Below are positions 17,740 through 26,391 of a stretch of DNA of 56,109 nucleotides, piece by piece. The stretch comes from an uncultured Syntrophaceae bacterium (GTDB lineage: Bacteria > Desulfobacterota > Syntrophia > Syntrophales > PHBD01), in NCBI GenBank assembly GCA_964396205.1, contig CAYNEJ010000003.1:1-56109 (forward strand). Direction: 5' to 3'. Numbering within the stretch: position 1 is the stretch's first letter; each line of letters opens with the position of its first letter. The notes beneath the pieces are model-generated. The model worked only from the letters and a program-made list of their open reading frames with translations, was not told where the DNA came from and made no database searches. The position numbers and the translations under genes were made by a program.

Positions 17740-18933
17740 CTAAAGGGGTTTGTCTTTCCCGAGAAGAAGCACGTCCGCCCAGTAGCAGCCTCCAAAACCG
17801 GTCGCCATGGCGATCTTCACATCCCGATTCACCTGGCGAGGACCCGCTTTCCCCATGATCTGAATGGCCGCTTCCCCCACGCGGATGACCCCGGTGGCGC
17901 CGATGGGATTGGAGCTCATGACCCCACCGGAGGGATTCATCGGTATTTCTCCGTCCATGTCGGTGACACCGTCCCAGAGCAGACGCCGCCCCTCGCCGGG
18001 ACCGCAGAAACCGATCGACTCGATCCAGGCCAGGCCCGCATAGGAATAGGGGAGATAGAGCTCGCAGACATCGATCTCCTTGAGCGGCTCCCTGATTCCG
18101 ACTTTGGCGAAGGCCTGGCGCGAGGCGGCCTCCAGCGTTTCGTTCAGGGACCAGTCGAGGTCCCCGTAATAAACAGTATTATGCCGGTTGGCGACGGCGA
18201 GGACCCAGGCCGGGACCGGTGCGATTGTTTCGGCGACCTCTTCCGACGCAAAGATCAGGGCGGCCGCGGCATCGGTCCTTGGACACAGGTCGCTCATCCT
18301 GAGCGGGTAGGCCAGGACCTGGTTCTCCTCGGATGAAACCAGGAGATCCACGAGGGTGGTCACGTCCTTCCCGCGCATCCACTCCTGGCGAAGATGTGCG
18401 TAGGGATTGTTGAGGGCGTTCAACCGATCCCGGACGGTGACCCTGGCTCCGTCCCGCTCCGTCACGCCGTGGTCGTGCATGTATCTGCTGGCATCGACGG
18501 CAAGGCCGCCGATGGCGCCGGCCATGTTGGGACGCTCCCAGATGGGGTCGTATGCCGTGATGATGGCGCCTGTCGTATCGGATTCGGAGTTCTTCTCCCA
18601 CCCGATGGCCAGCACCCGGTCGAACAATCCCGAGGCCACGTGGTAGTAGGCGCACATGGCCACCGTCGTACCCGTTGTTCCCCCCGTCGTCACCTTGATG
18701 ATGGGCTTCATGACGCCCCCGGAGCCCTCGACACTCCACATGTCCACATAGTTGATGCCCTCGAAGTGATCCATGTTGCCGATCACGACGGCATCGATAT
18801 CCTCAATGCCCAGTTCAGCATCCGCCAGGGCCGCGCTCACCGCCTCATGGATCATCTCGATCCCGTTGACGTCTTTTCGGGAGCTGCTCCCCCTGGTCTG
18901 GCCGAAACCTACGATTGCTGCCCGTTTGCCCAT
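17740..18933 (-). CDS. SCP-x type thiolase-like protein (apparently lacks the Cys nucleophile and the GHP histidine)
   Basis: 397 aa thiolase fold (AAIVGFGQT..., NPSGGVMSSNPIGATG). VTTGGTTGTT replaces the NxxCxTGS nucleophile loop in my manual alignment. Confidence 0.8.
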   Translation of the reverse strand: MGKRAAIVGFGQTRGSSSRKDVNGIEMIHEAVSAALADAELGIEDIDAVVIGNMDHFEGINYVDMWSVEGSGGVMKPIIKVTTGGTTGTTVAMCAYYHVASGLFDRVLAIGWEKNSESDTTGAIITAYDPIWERPNMAGAIGGLAVDASRYMHDHGVTERDGARVTVRDRLNALNNPYAHLRQEWMRGKDVTTLVDLLVSSEENQVLAYPLRMSDLCPRTDAAAALIFASEEVAETIAPVPAWVLAVANRHNTVYYGDLDWSLNETLEAASRQAFAKVGIREPLKEIDVCELYLPYSYAGLAWIESIGFCGPGEGRRLLWDGVTDMDGEIPMNPSGGVMSSNPIGATGVIRVGEAAIQIMGKAGPRQVNRDVKIAMATGFGGCYWADVLLLGKDKPL

Positions 18934-18950
18934 ATCGTTCTTCCCTCTCT

Positions 18951-20087
18951 TTATGTTCCGATCACGATGACGCCGTGTGCCTGCCCGCAGGCGCCGTTGA
19001 TTCCATGCGCCAGGGCGGTTTTCGCGCCGGCCACCTGCCGTTCCCCGGCGTCACCCCGCACCTGCAGAACCGCCTCGGCCAGCCGTGCCAGGCCGGCGAC
19101 GAGCACCGGATGGGCGCTGAGCACGCCACCTGAGGGATTCACCGGAAGGTCCCCGCCCATGCACGTGACTCCGGACCTCATCAGCTCTGCACCGCGGCCC
19201 TCTGCGGCCAGTCCCAGCCCCTCGTACCAGAGGAGTTCCATGTAGGAATACGCGTCGTAAAGCTCTACGATATCCAACTCCTTCAAGGGATTGACGATGC
19301 CGGCCATTGCATAGGCTTTCCGGGACGCCGCCTGCAGTGCGCGGGTATTTGCCAGGTCCCGGTAGCCGAGCGTGTAGGAGTCGGAGCAGTGTCCCATTCC
19401 CCTGATCCAGGCCGGTTTTTGCACGAACCGCTTCGCTCCGCGCTCATTGGCCAGCACGATTGCGGCGGCCCCGTCCGAGACGGGAGAACAGTCATATCGT
19501 TTCAAGGGGTCCGAGATTTTTCGGGACTTGAGGACGTCTTCGACGGACAGTTCCTTCCCGAGGTGGACGTGGGGGTTAAGGCAGCCGTTCCGGTGATTCT
19601 TCACCGAAACGCCGGCGAAATCCTCCTCCGTGGCGCCGGTGCGCTCCATGTAGCATCTCGCCTGCAGGGCGGCGGCCATCGTTGCATCGATTCCCAGGGG
19701 GCGCTGATAGATCGGGTCGAACATCCCGTTCGTGATCAGATTCATCCGGCCCATGGATCCTTTCGCATGAGCCACCACGAGTGTTGTGTCGAACGAACCG
19801 GCAAGCGTCCTCATGACGCCGTAGATCGCCCCGAAGATTCCGTCCCCCTCGACGGTCGACACATCCTTGTCCCAGGCCCCGGCCGCGTACATGACCGACA
19901 TGGATGAAATCGTCCGGCCGTCCCAGAAATCATTGGAGACCGTAAGGACATTGTCGATATCGCCGATTTTCCCACCGGCATCCGACAGCGCCGTCTGGAC
20001 CGCCTCGAACACCATCTCTTCAAACGTTTCGTTCTTTTCGCGCTCGAAGGAGGTCTGTCCGACACCCATTACTGCGACTTTTTCCAT
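18951..20087 (-). CDS. SCP-x type thiolase-like protein (apparently lacks the Cys nucleophile)
   Basis: Start set at ATG 20087 (MEKVAVMGVGQTSF) with a TAAGGAGA SD. TVEGDGIFGAI occupies the nucleophile loop. NPSGGVLSAHP retains the His. Confidence 0.8.
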   Translation of the reverse strand: MEKVAVMGVGQTSFEREKNETFEEMVFEAVQTALSDAGGKIGDIDNVLTVSNDFWDGRTISSMSVMYAAGAWDKDVSTVEGDGIFGAIYGVMRTLAGSFDTTLVVAHAKGSMGRMNLITNGMFDPIYQRPLGIDATMAAALQARCYMERTGATEEDFAGVSVKNHRNGCLNPHVHLGKELSVEDVLKSRKISDPLKRYDCSPVSDGAAAIVLANERGAKRFVQKPAWIRGMGHCSDSYTLGYRDLANTRALQAASRKAYAMAGIVNPLKELDIVELYDAYSYMELLWYEGLGLAAEGRGAELMRSGVTCMGGDLPVNPSGGVLSAHPVLVAGLARLAEAVLQVRGDAGERQVAGAKTALAHGINGACGQAHGVIVIGT

Positions 20088-20097
20088 GTCTGTCTCC

Positions 20098-20547
20098 TTA
20101 CTCCCGCACCGGTGCGAAATACTTGATATCCAGAATGTTTCCCGATCGCCGGTCGGCAAAAACCGCCTTGACCCGCATCCCGACCTTCACTTCTTCCGGC
20201 TTGACTTCTCCGATGTAATGCAGGAGCGATCCGCTGGCTTTCCCAAGGCGGATCAGACCGTAGACTACGGGGGGATCGAGCCCGAACATGGCATCCGGAC
20301 AGCGCGCGACAGTGAAGGATTCCACAACCCCGGAATCGCTGACGGGGACCCATTCGTCGAGCGGCTGGAAGCATCCCCAGCAGTTCTTCACCGGCGGGAC
20401 ATATACCTTGTTGCACCTCGAACACCTTGTCCCCCAGATTTCACATCGATCCCGGAGTGCGGTGAAGAAGCGGCTTCCCGTTTCGCCCACAAACCATTTG
20501 TAGGGGACTTTGATTCGTCCCTCGCAGGTCGGTTTTGCATCTTCCAT
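20098..20547 (-). CDS. DUF35 OB-fold / zinc-ribbon acyl-CoA-associated protein
   Basis: Zn ribbon CSRCNKVYVPPVKNCWGC plus an OB fold. ATG 20547 is preceded by GGGAGG. Confidence 0.75.
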   Translation of the reverse strand: MEDAKPTCEGRIKVPYKWFVGETGSRFFTALRDRCEIWGTRCSRCNKVYVPPVKNCWGCFQPLDEWVPVSDSGVVESFTVARCPDAMFGLDPPVVYGLIRLGKASGSLLHYIGEVKPEEVKVGMRVKAVFADRRSGNILDIKYFAPVRE

Positions 20548-20600
20548 TCGGTACCTCCCGGTGTGCATTCATTGTGTGATGGCCAGTGTACGGCCTCCCG

Positions 20601-21566
20601 TCAGGGGCGCTGCGGCAGCCCGAGGATTTCACGAGCCTGGGCGACGTCGGCAACGTCACGATTCATGTCTTCCGCAATGCGCTTGATCCGTGCGACGACC
20701 TGGGCGTTGCTTTTCACCTTTTCGCCCCTTCGAAAATAGAGGTTGTCTTCCATGCCGACCCGTACGTGCCCTCCGAGAATGATGGACATGACGTTCATCG
20801 ACAACTGGTAGGGGCCGACGCCGATGAGCGAGAAGATCGAATGCGGGGGCAGTTCATGGATGAGGGACAGGACGTTGGCGGGCGTGGGGTAGGATGAGGT
20901 CTGGAACCCGAGTACAAATTGAACCATGTACGGGGGATCCAGGTTGCCTTCCCGGATGAGATCCTGAATGACCCAGTATTGCCCCGGGTGGTACAACTCG
21001 ATTTCCGGCTTGATCCCCTTCTCCTTCATCGTTCCGGCGAAGGCGTTCACGTCGCTGTAGCTGGCGGGAACGCAGGCGTCGAACATCGTTCCCGGGCGCG
21101 TATGATCGAGAGGCGGTTTCCTCTCGTTCAGGAAGAACTTCATCATGAAAGGGCCGGGATTGAGACTGGCCATGTCAGGCGCCGGATCCGCATAAAGGCA
21201 GGCCATTCTCTCCTGAAGAGACAGCCCCGGGCTCCCGCCGGTCGTATTGTTGATGATGATGTCGGGACAGCGTTCACGGATAAGCCGGTTGACCCGCGAA
21301 TAATGTTCCGCCTTACTGGTCGTCATGGCCAGATTGCCGGTATCGCGGGCATGAATATGGACGGATACGGCGCCCGCCCGGTAGGCCTCATACACGGCGT
21401 CGGCCTGCTCCTCCGCCGTTTCCGGAAGGTTCTCGTTCGATTCCTTTCCGTGCAGTCCCCCCGTGATGGCACAGGTGATGATCATTGGTGGAAACGTTCC
21501 CCTGCTCACCCGCTTCATCCATTCGTAGGGATCGCGGTAATCCCAGATAAAATCGCTTTGCTCCAT
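20601..21566 (-). CDS. BKACE-family (3-keto-5-aminohexanoate cleavage enzyme-like, DUF849) beta-keto acid cleavage enzyme
   Basis: PMIITCAITGG...VSVHIHARD...IINNTTGG motifs of the DUF849/BKACE TIM barrel. Start set at ATG 21566 with a GGAGG SD. Confidence 0.8.
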   Translation of the reverse strand: MEQSDFIWDYRDPYEWMKRVSRGTFPPMIITCAITGGLHGKESNENLPETAEEQADAVYEAYRAGAVSVHIHARDTGNLAMTTSKAEHYSRVNRLIRERCPDIIINNTTGGSPGLSLQERMACLYADPAPDMASLNPGPFMMKFFLNERKPPLDHTRPGTMFDACVPASYSDVNAFAGTMKEKGIKPEIELYHPGQYWVIQDLIREGNLDPPYMVQFVLGFQTSSYPTPANVLSLIHELPPHSIFSLIGVGPYQLSMNVMSIILGGHVRVGMEDNLYFRRGEKVKSNAQVVARIKRIAEDMNRDVADVAQAREILGLPQRP

Positions 21567-21669
21567 GGTTTGATGCCTCCGTACGTTAATGTCACTAACC
21601 TTCGTTTGCAAGCAAATATTTCCATATTAACAGATTGTTGAAACCAAATACCCGTGTCGTTAATAGTGG

Positions 21670-21684
21670 GTGAGTAATACTCAC
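21670..21684. promoter_or_regulatory. perfect 15-bp palindrome, candidate TetR operator in a divergent promoter region
   Basis: GTGAGTA-A-TACTCAC at 21670-21684, in the AT-rich 21612-21969 gap between the BKACE operon and tetR. Confidence 0.4.
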
Positions 21685-21969
21685 TCACCCTAGGTCTTGT
21701 CAAGAATATTTTTTCTTTTAACGACCGCGGAGATTCGCATCCGGAAAAAGCTTGTCATGTCAATGGTAAACGGGTAAGCGATGGAAACAAAAGAAGCGGA
21801 ACACAAAAGCGGGTCTGGATGAGCCGGCCGTCTGTGAGTTGTATCCTGCAGAAATCAATTACGTTATATGAAATGAAGGCTCCTGTTGTTGTCAGATCCA
21901 TGGGAACACAGGGTCAAGGAACGGGTGTTACGAGTGATAACGGAAAGAAAGCAGACCGCCGATCGCGAT

Positions 21970-22584
21970 ATGATGGGAACCATGCCGCCGGGCAAACTGA
22001 AGATCATCGAAGCGCTGAAATCCCTGCTGGAAGTCAAGGAATTCGACTCGATCACCACGGCCGAGATCGCCAGGACCGCGGGTGTGAGCGAACCCCTGAT
22101 CTACAAGTATTTCAAAGATAAGCGAGACCTCCTGTACGTGGTTCTGCGGCACTACCTGGATCGTCACCTGGCCCGCTTTGAATTGGACCTGAAGGGCATA
22201 AAAGGGACAACGAACAAGCTGCGCAGGCTGATCTGGATGCATATCAATGTGTATGCATCCAACCGGATCATCGCAAAACTGCTTTCCCTTGTGGTTCGAG
22301 GCATGCCGGGTTTTTACACGAGCGAAACCTATGATTGGATTGTCACCGTCTATGCTCGAACCGTTCTGAATGTGATTGAAGAGGGGGTTGCTAATGGTGA
22401 GATCCGGAATGACATCCCTCCCAAGTTCATTCGTCAGGTGCTTCTGGGCAGCCTGGAGCATATCTGCCTGAGAGAGGTCATCTTCGACAAGGAAATCGAC
22501 CCGGACGAACTGACGGACAACCTGTGCAAACTGCTGTTCCGGGGAATTGAAAGCAACGGCGAATCGGGTGTCCTTCCGCGATAA
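21970..22584 (+). CDS. TetR/AcrR-family transcriptional regulator
   Basis: N-terminal HTH (FDSITTAEIARTAGVSEPLIYKYFKDKRDLL). Start at ATG 21970 preferred within ORF 21886-22584. Confidence 0.8.
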   Translation: MMGTMPPGKLKIIEALKSLLEVKEFDSITTAEIARTAGVSEPLIYKYFKDKRDLLYVVLRHYLDRHLARFELDLKGIKGTTNKLRRLIWMHINVYASNRIIAKLLSLVVRGMPGFYTSETYDWIVTVYARTVLNVIEEGVANGEIRNDIPPKFIRQVLLGSLEHICLREVIFDKEIDPDELTDNLCKLLFRGIESNGESGVLPR

Positions 22585-22836
22585 GACGTCACGGCGATGC
22601 AAAGAACATCTCCGGCCGGGTCCGATCAAGATGGTTTCCTTCGACATTGCGGTGTGAGACTTCGTTTTTGAAAAGGCATGCCCGGCGGGTTGCTCCGCCT
22701 TGACAGGCCCCGGGGCGTTTCCTATAGTGGCGCGTCACCGCCGGCAACGGTGGATTCCGCGGCACATCGGGCAGGGGATGCGGATCCCGGCAGGACCCTC
22801 TTGTATCAGCCGATTCCGGGACAAACGGAGGATGAC

Positions 22837-23223
22837 ATGGCGGTCAAGGACATCATCGCAACGGACGCGGCCCCGAAGGCCATCGGCACCTACTCCCAGG
22901 CCGTCCGGGCGGGGGGATTCGTGTTCCTCTCCGGACAGATCGGCCTCGACCCGGCGACGATGGCGCTGGAGGAGGGGATCGAGAAGCAGATCCACCGGGT
23001 CTTCTCCAACCTGAAGGCCGTGGCGGAAGCCGCCGGTCTGGGCCTGGACGACGCGGTGAAGCTGACCATCTTTCTCACGGACCTGGGACACTTCCCCCGG
23101 GTGAACGAGATCATGGCACGGTATTTCCGGCAACCCTATCCCGCCCGGGCCACCGTGGGTGTCGCGGCCCTGCCGAAGCAGGCCCTGGTGGAGGTGGAGG
23201 CGATCCTGGCGGCGGAAAAGTGA
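22837..23223 (+). CDS. ridA: RidA/YjgF-family reactive-intermediate deaminase
   Basis: [12 protein letters not shown]...GQIGLDP...[23 protein letters not shown] 22837 lies inside the longer ORF 22678-23223. Confidence 0.85.
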   Translation: MAVKDIIATDAAPKAIGTYSQAVRAGGFVFLSGQIGLDPATMALEEGIEKQIHRVFSNLKAVAEAAGLGLDDAVKLTIFLTDLGHFPRVNEIMARYFRQPYPARATVGVAALPKQALVEVEAILAAEK

Positions 23224-23225
23224 GC

Positions 23226-24623
23226 ATGGACATGGCGGAGCGGATTCTCTACTACAGCACCAACCGGAACCTGGACCAGGCGCCCGGGATCGTCCCTTTC
23301 AAGGAAAGGGTGTCCTTTCGGGAGGCCCTCCTCCGGGGGCAGGCCCCCGACGAGGGGCTCTTCATGCCCGACCGGATCCCGGCCCTGAAACCGGAGGAGA
23401 TCCGTGGTCTGAAGGGCAGACCCTATACAGAGGCCGCGCTGCTCGTGGGGTGGGCCTTTCTCCAGGACGAGATCGGGAAGGATGACCTCCGGCGGATCGT
23501 CGAGGATGCCTATGACTACAACGTCCCCCTGGAGCCGGTGACGGGCCGTAAATACGTGATGCGCCTCGATCAGGGGCCCACCGCCTCGTTCAAGGACTTT
23601 GCCGCCCGTATGATGGCCCGCCTCATGAGCCACTTCCGGGATCCCGGGAGCCGCCTGAACATCCTGGTGGCCACCTCGGGCGACACGGGAAGCGCCGTGG
23701 GCGACGCCTACCGGGGAGTCCCGGGCATTGCCGTGACGATCCTCTATCCCCGGGGAGAGGTGAGCGGGCGCCAGAAGAAGCAGCTCGACACCATCGGCCG
23801 GAACGTTCAGGCCGTCTCGGTGGAAGGCAAGTTCGACGACTGCCAGGACCTGGTGAAGCAGGCCTTCGCCGACCCCGGGCTGGCGGGGTTGAACCTGACC
23901 TCGGCCAACTCCATCAACTTCGGCCGCATCCTGCCGCAGATCGTCTATTATGTATACGCCTATGCCCAGCTCGCCGAACCGGGTGAAGAGATCGTCTTTT
24001 CCGTGCCGTCGGGCAATTTCGGAGATGCCCTGGGATGCGAGTACGCCCGCCGGATGGGCCTGCCCGTCTTCACCCTGGTCATGCCGACCAACGAGAACGA
24101 CGAGTTCCCCCGCTTCCTCGACACCGGTATCTATGCGAAGATCTCGCCGTCCCGGGCCTGCCTGTCCAACGCCATGAACGTGGGGCATCCGAGCAACCTG
24201 GCGCGCTTCTTCGACCTCTACGGCGGCACCGTGGACCGGGGCGGCCGGGTCTGGAAACGGCCCGACCGGGAGGAGATGCAGCGGCGGATCTTTTCCGTGT
24301 CCGTCTCCGACGACGAGACCCGCCGGACCATCCGCCGGGTCTACGACACCTTCGGGGTCGTCCTGGAGCCCCACGGAGCCGTGGGCTGGAAAGGCCTGGA
24401 GACCTGGCTGGAGCGGCACGCCGACTTCCCTCTCTGCGTCTCCCTGGAGACCGCCCATCCCGCCAAGTTTCCCGAGGAGGTGAAAGCGATTCTGGGCATC
24501 GACCCGGAGCTTCCCCCGAGTATGCGGGACCTGGACAGCAGGACGGGGGAGCCCCATGAAATGGCCGGAGATTACGAGGAGTTCAGCGATTACGTGAGAA
24601 AGCACCTGCGGGGAAAGGATTGA
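23226..24623 (+). CDS. thrC: threonine synthase
   Basis: PLP-Lys motif GPTASFKDFA and TSGDTGSAV. Start ambiguous (GTG 23220, ATG 23226 or 23232), overlapping the ridA stop. Confidence 0.85.
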   Translation: MDMAERILYYSTNRNLDQAPGIVPFKERVSFREALLRGQAPDEGLFMPDRIPALKPEEIRGLKGRPYTEAALLVGWAFLQDEIGKDDLRRIVEDAYDYNVPLEPVTGRKYVMRLDQGPTASFKDFAARMMARLMSHFRDPGSRLNILVATSGDTGSAVGDAYRGVPGIAVTILYPRGEVSGRQKKQLDTIGRNVQAVSVEGKFDDCQDLVKQAFADPGLAGLNLTSANSINFGRILPQIVYYVYAYAQLAEPGEEIVFSVPSGNFGDALGCEYARRMGLPVFTLVMPTNENDEFPRFLDTGIYAKISPSRACLSNAMNVGHPSNLARFFDLYGGTVDRGGRVWKRPDREEMQRRIFSVSVSDDETRRTIRRVYDTFGVVLEPHGAVGWKGLETWLERHADFPLCVSLETAHPAKFPEEVKAILGIDPELPPSMRDLDSRTGEPHEMAGDYEEFSDYVRKHLRGKD

Positions 24624-24752
24624 GGGAGGCCCCGTCCCGGCCTTTCGGGGATCGCGCTACCCCGACGCCGGGCGAAACAGCCGGGCCGTTCCACCGGGAT
24701 CGCCCATGGCCGGGTTTCCCGGCGAAACGCCGAGCAGGGATCAGGAGACATC

Positions 24753-26345
24753 ATGAATCAGCCCGATCAGCAGAAACTGGTGCAACTGGAGCGCAAGCTG
24801 TTCGATCTGTCCAGCCTCCTGCAGGCGGGGAAGGCCTTCGACAACCTGCTGGGGGCTCGCGAACTCTACAATGTGTTCACCAGCATCGTTCATGAGCGCT
24901 TCGGTCTGGAGACCTACGTCCTCTTCATCATGAACGACGAACGGACCCGGTTTGAAATGGTACAGGGCCTTGGCCTGTCGGAGGAGATCCCGGCGGATTT
25001 TTCGTTTCCGGCCGACGAGGGGCTGCTGTGGCAGGCGATCCTGCAGGGGCAACCGTTCGCTACGGTCGACAGCCTGGGAGAGCCCCGCTTCGCGATCCCG
25101 TTTGACAAATACCGGTTGTCGGGGCTCCTGAGCCGATATTTCGTTCCCCTGGTGCACCGCGGGAAAGTGGTGGGACTGCTGAGCATCGGCACGAAGAGAA
25201 GCAAAGGCGGCTACACCGACGACGACCTGGAATTTCTGCATATCCTGGCGGAGCAGGCGGCGGTGAGCATCATCACCGCCAAGCTCTATGAAAAGAGCGA
25301 AGCGGACATGGTCGAGCTGAACAAGACAGTCAAGAACCTGTCCATCCTGTACAACATCGGCCGGGCCATGAACCACATCGGCGACCTGAAAAACCTGCTG
25401 AAATTCATCCTGCAGCAGGCCATCGAGACCACCGAGGCCCAGAAGGGCTCGCTGATGCTCTTCGATCAGCACACGCGACGGCTGGTTGTCCATGTCGTGA
25501 ACGGCCTCCCGGACAAGAAAACGGAGGAGGCCATCAACTCCGGCCTGTTGGGCTGCCGGACCTTCGCCGTCGGCGAGGGGATCGCCGGCAAGGTCTTCGA
25601 GACCAGGGAGCCGATCATCGTCAACGCGGCGGAGAAGGACGAACGGTATCTCGAAAACCGGGAATCCAACGTCGAATCGATCCTGTGCATCCCGCTGGTG
25701 GTCGCTGACGAGGCCATCGGGGTCATCAACATCACGAACAAGCGCAGCGAGGGGATCTTCACGGCGGAAGACCTGGAGCTGCTCAACGCCCTCGGCAACC
25801 AGGCGGCCGTGGCGATCAACAACACCTCCCTGTACGAGATGGCCATCACCGACGAGCTGACAGGGCTCTACATCCGGCGCTATTTCAACGTGAAGCTGGA
25901 TTCGGAGTTCCGGAGGGCCAAGCGCTACGGGCATCGGCTGACGCTGGCCATGTGCGACCTGGATCACTTCAAAAGCGTGAATGATTCTTTCGGCCACCAG
26001 ATGGGCGACAAGGTTCTGCAGTCCGTGGCGGGCCTGCTCAAGGCTCACGCCCGGGAAAGCGATATCCCGGCCCGGTTCGGCGGGGAGGAGTTCGTCGTCA
26101 TCCTGCCGGAGACCAACGGGGAGGGTGGGATGATCTTCGGGGAGAGAATCCGCAATGCCGTGGCGGGAAGCAAGGTGGAGGGGTACCCGAGCCAGATTAC
26201 CATCAGCATCGGCCTGGCGACCTTCCCGGAGGATGCCGATTCGATCCAGGCCCTGATCCGCGCCGCCGACGCGGCCCTGTATGAGGCCAAGGAGGAGGGG
26301 CGGAACATGGTCCGTCGCTTCGTCCCGGCTGCCGCCGCGAACTGA
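24753..26345 (+). CDS. GAF-GAF-GGDEF diguanylate cyclase
   Basis: Two GAF-like regions, then a GGDEF domain with an intact GGEEF and an RxxD I-site (RESD) 5 residues upstream. AGGAGA SD. Confidence 0.85.
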   Translation: MNQPDQQKLVQLERKLFDLSSLLQAGKAFDNLLGARELYNVFTSIVHERFGLETYVLFIMNDERTRFEMVQGLGLSEEIPADFSFPADEGLLWQAILQGQPFATVDSLGEPRFAIPFDKYRLSGLLSRYFVPLVHRGKVVGLLSIGTKRSKGGYTDDDLEFLHILAEQAAVSIITAKLYEKSEADMVELNKTVKNLSILYNIGRAMNHIGDLKNLLKFILQQAIETTEAQKGSLMLFDQHTRRLVVHVVNGLPDKKTEEAINSGLLGCRTFAVGEGIAGKVFETREPIIVNAAEKDERYLENRESNVESILCIPLVVADEAIGVINITNKRSEGIFTAEDLELLNALGNQAAVAINNTSLYEMAITDELTGLYIRRYFNVKLDSEFRRAKRYGHRLTLAMCDLDHFKSVNDSFGHQMGDKVLQSVAGLLKAHARESDIPARFGGEEFVVILPETNGEGGMIFGERIRNAVAGSKVEGYPSQITISIGLATFPEDADSIQALIRAADAALYEAKEEGRNMVRRFVPAAAAN

Positions 26346-26359
26346 CCGGCCGTCGATCA

Positions 26360-26387
26360 TTCCCTCCCGCAGGAATGCGGAAGGGAA
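26360..26387. terminator. hairpin between convergent genes (possible bidirectional terminator)
   Basis: TTCCCTCCCGCA-GGAA-TGCGGAAGGGAA: 12-nt arms with one mismatch, between the stops at 26345 (+) and 26392 (-). Confidence 0.35.
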
Positions 26388-26391
26388 GACT

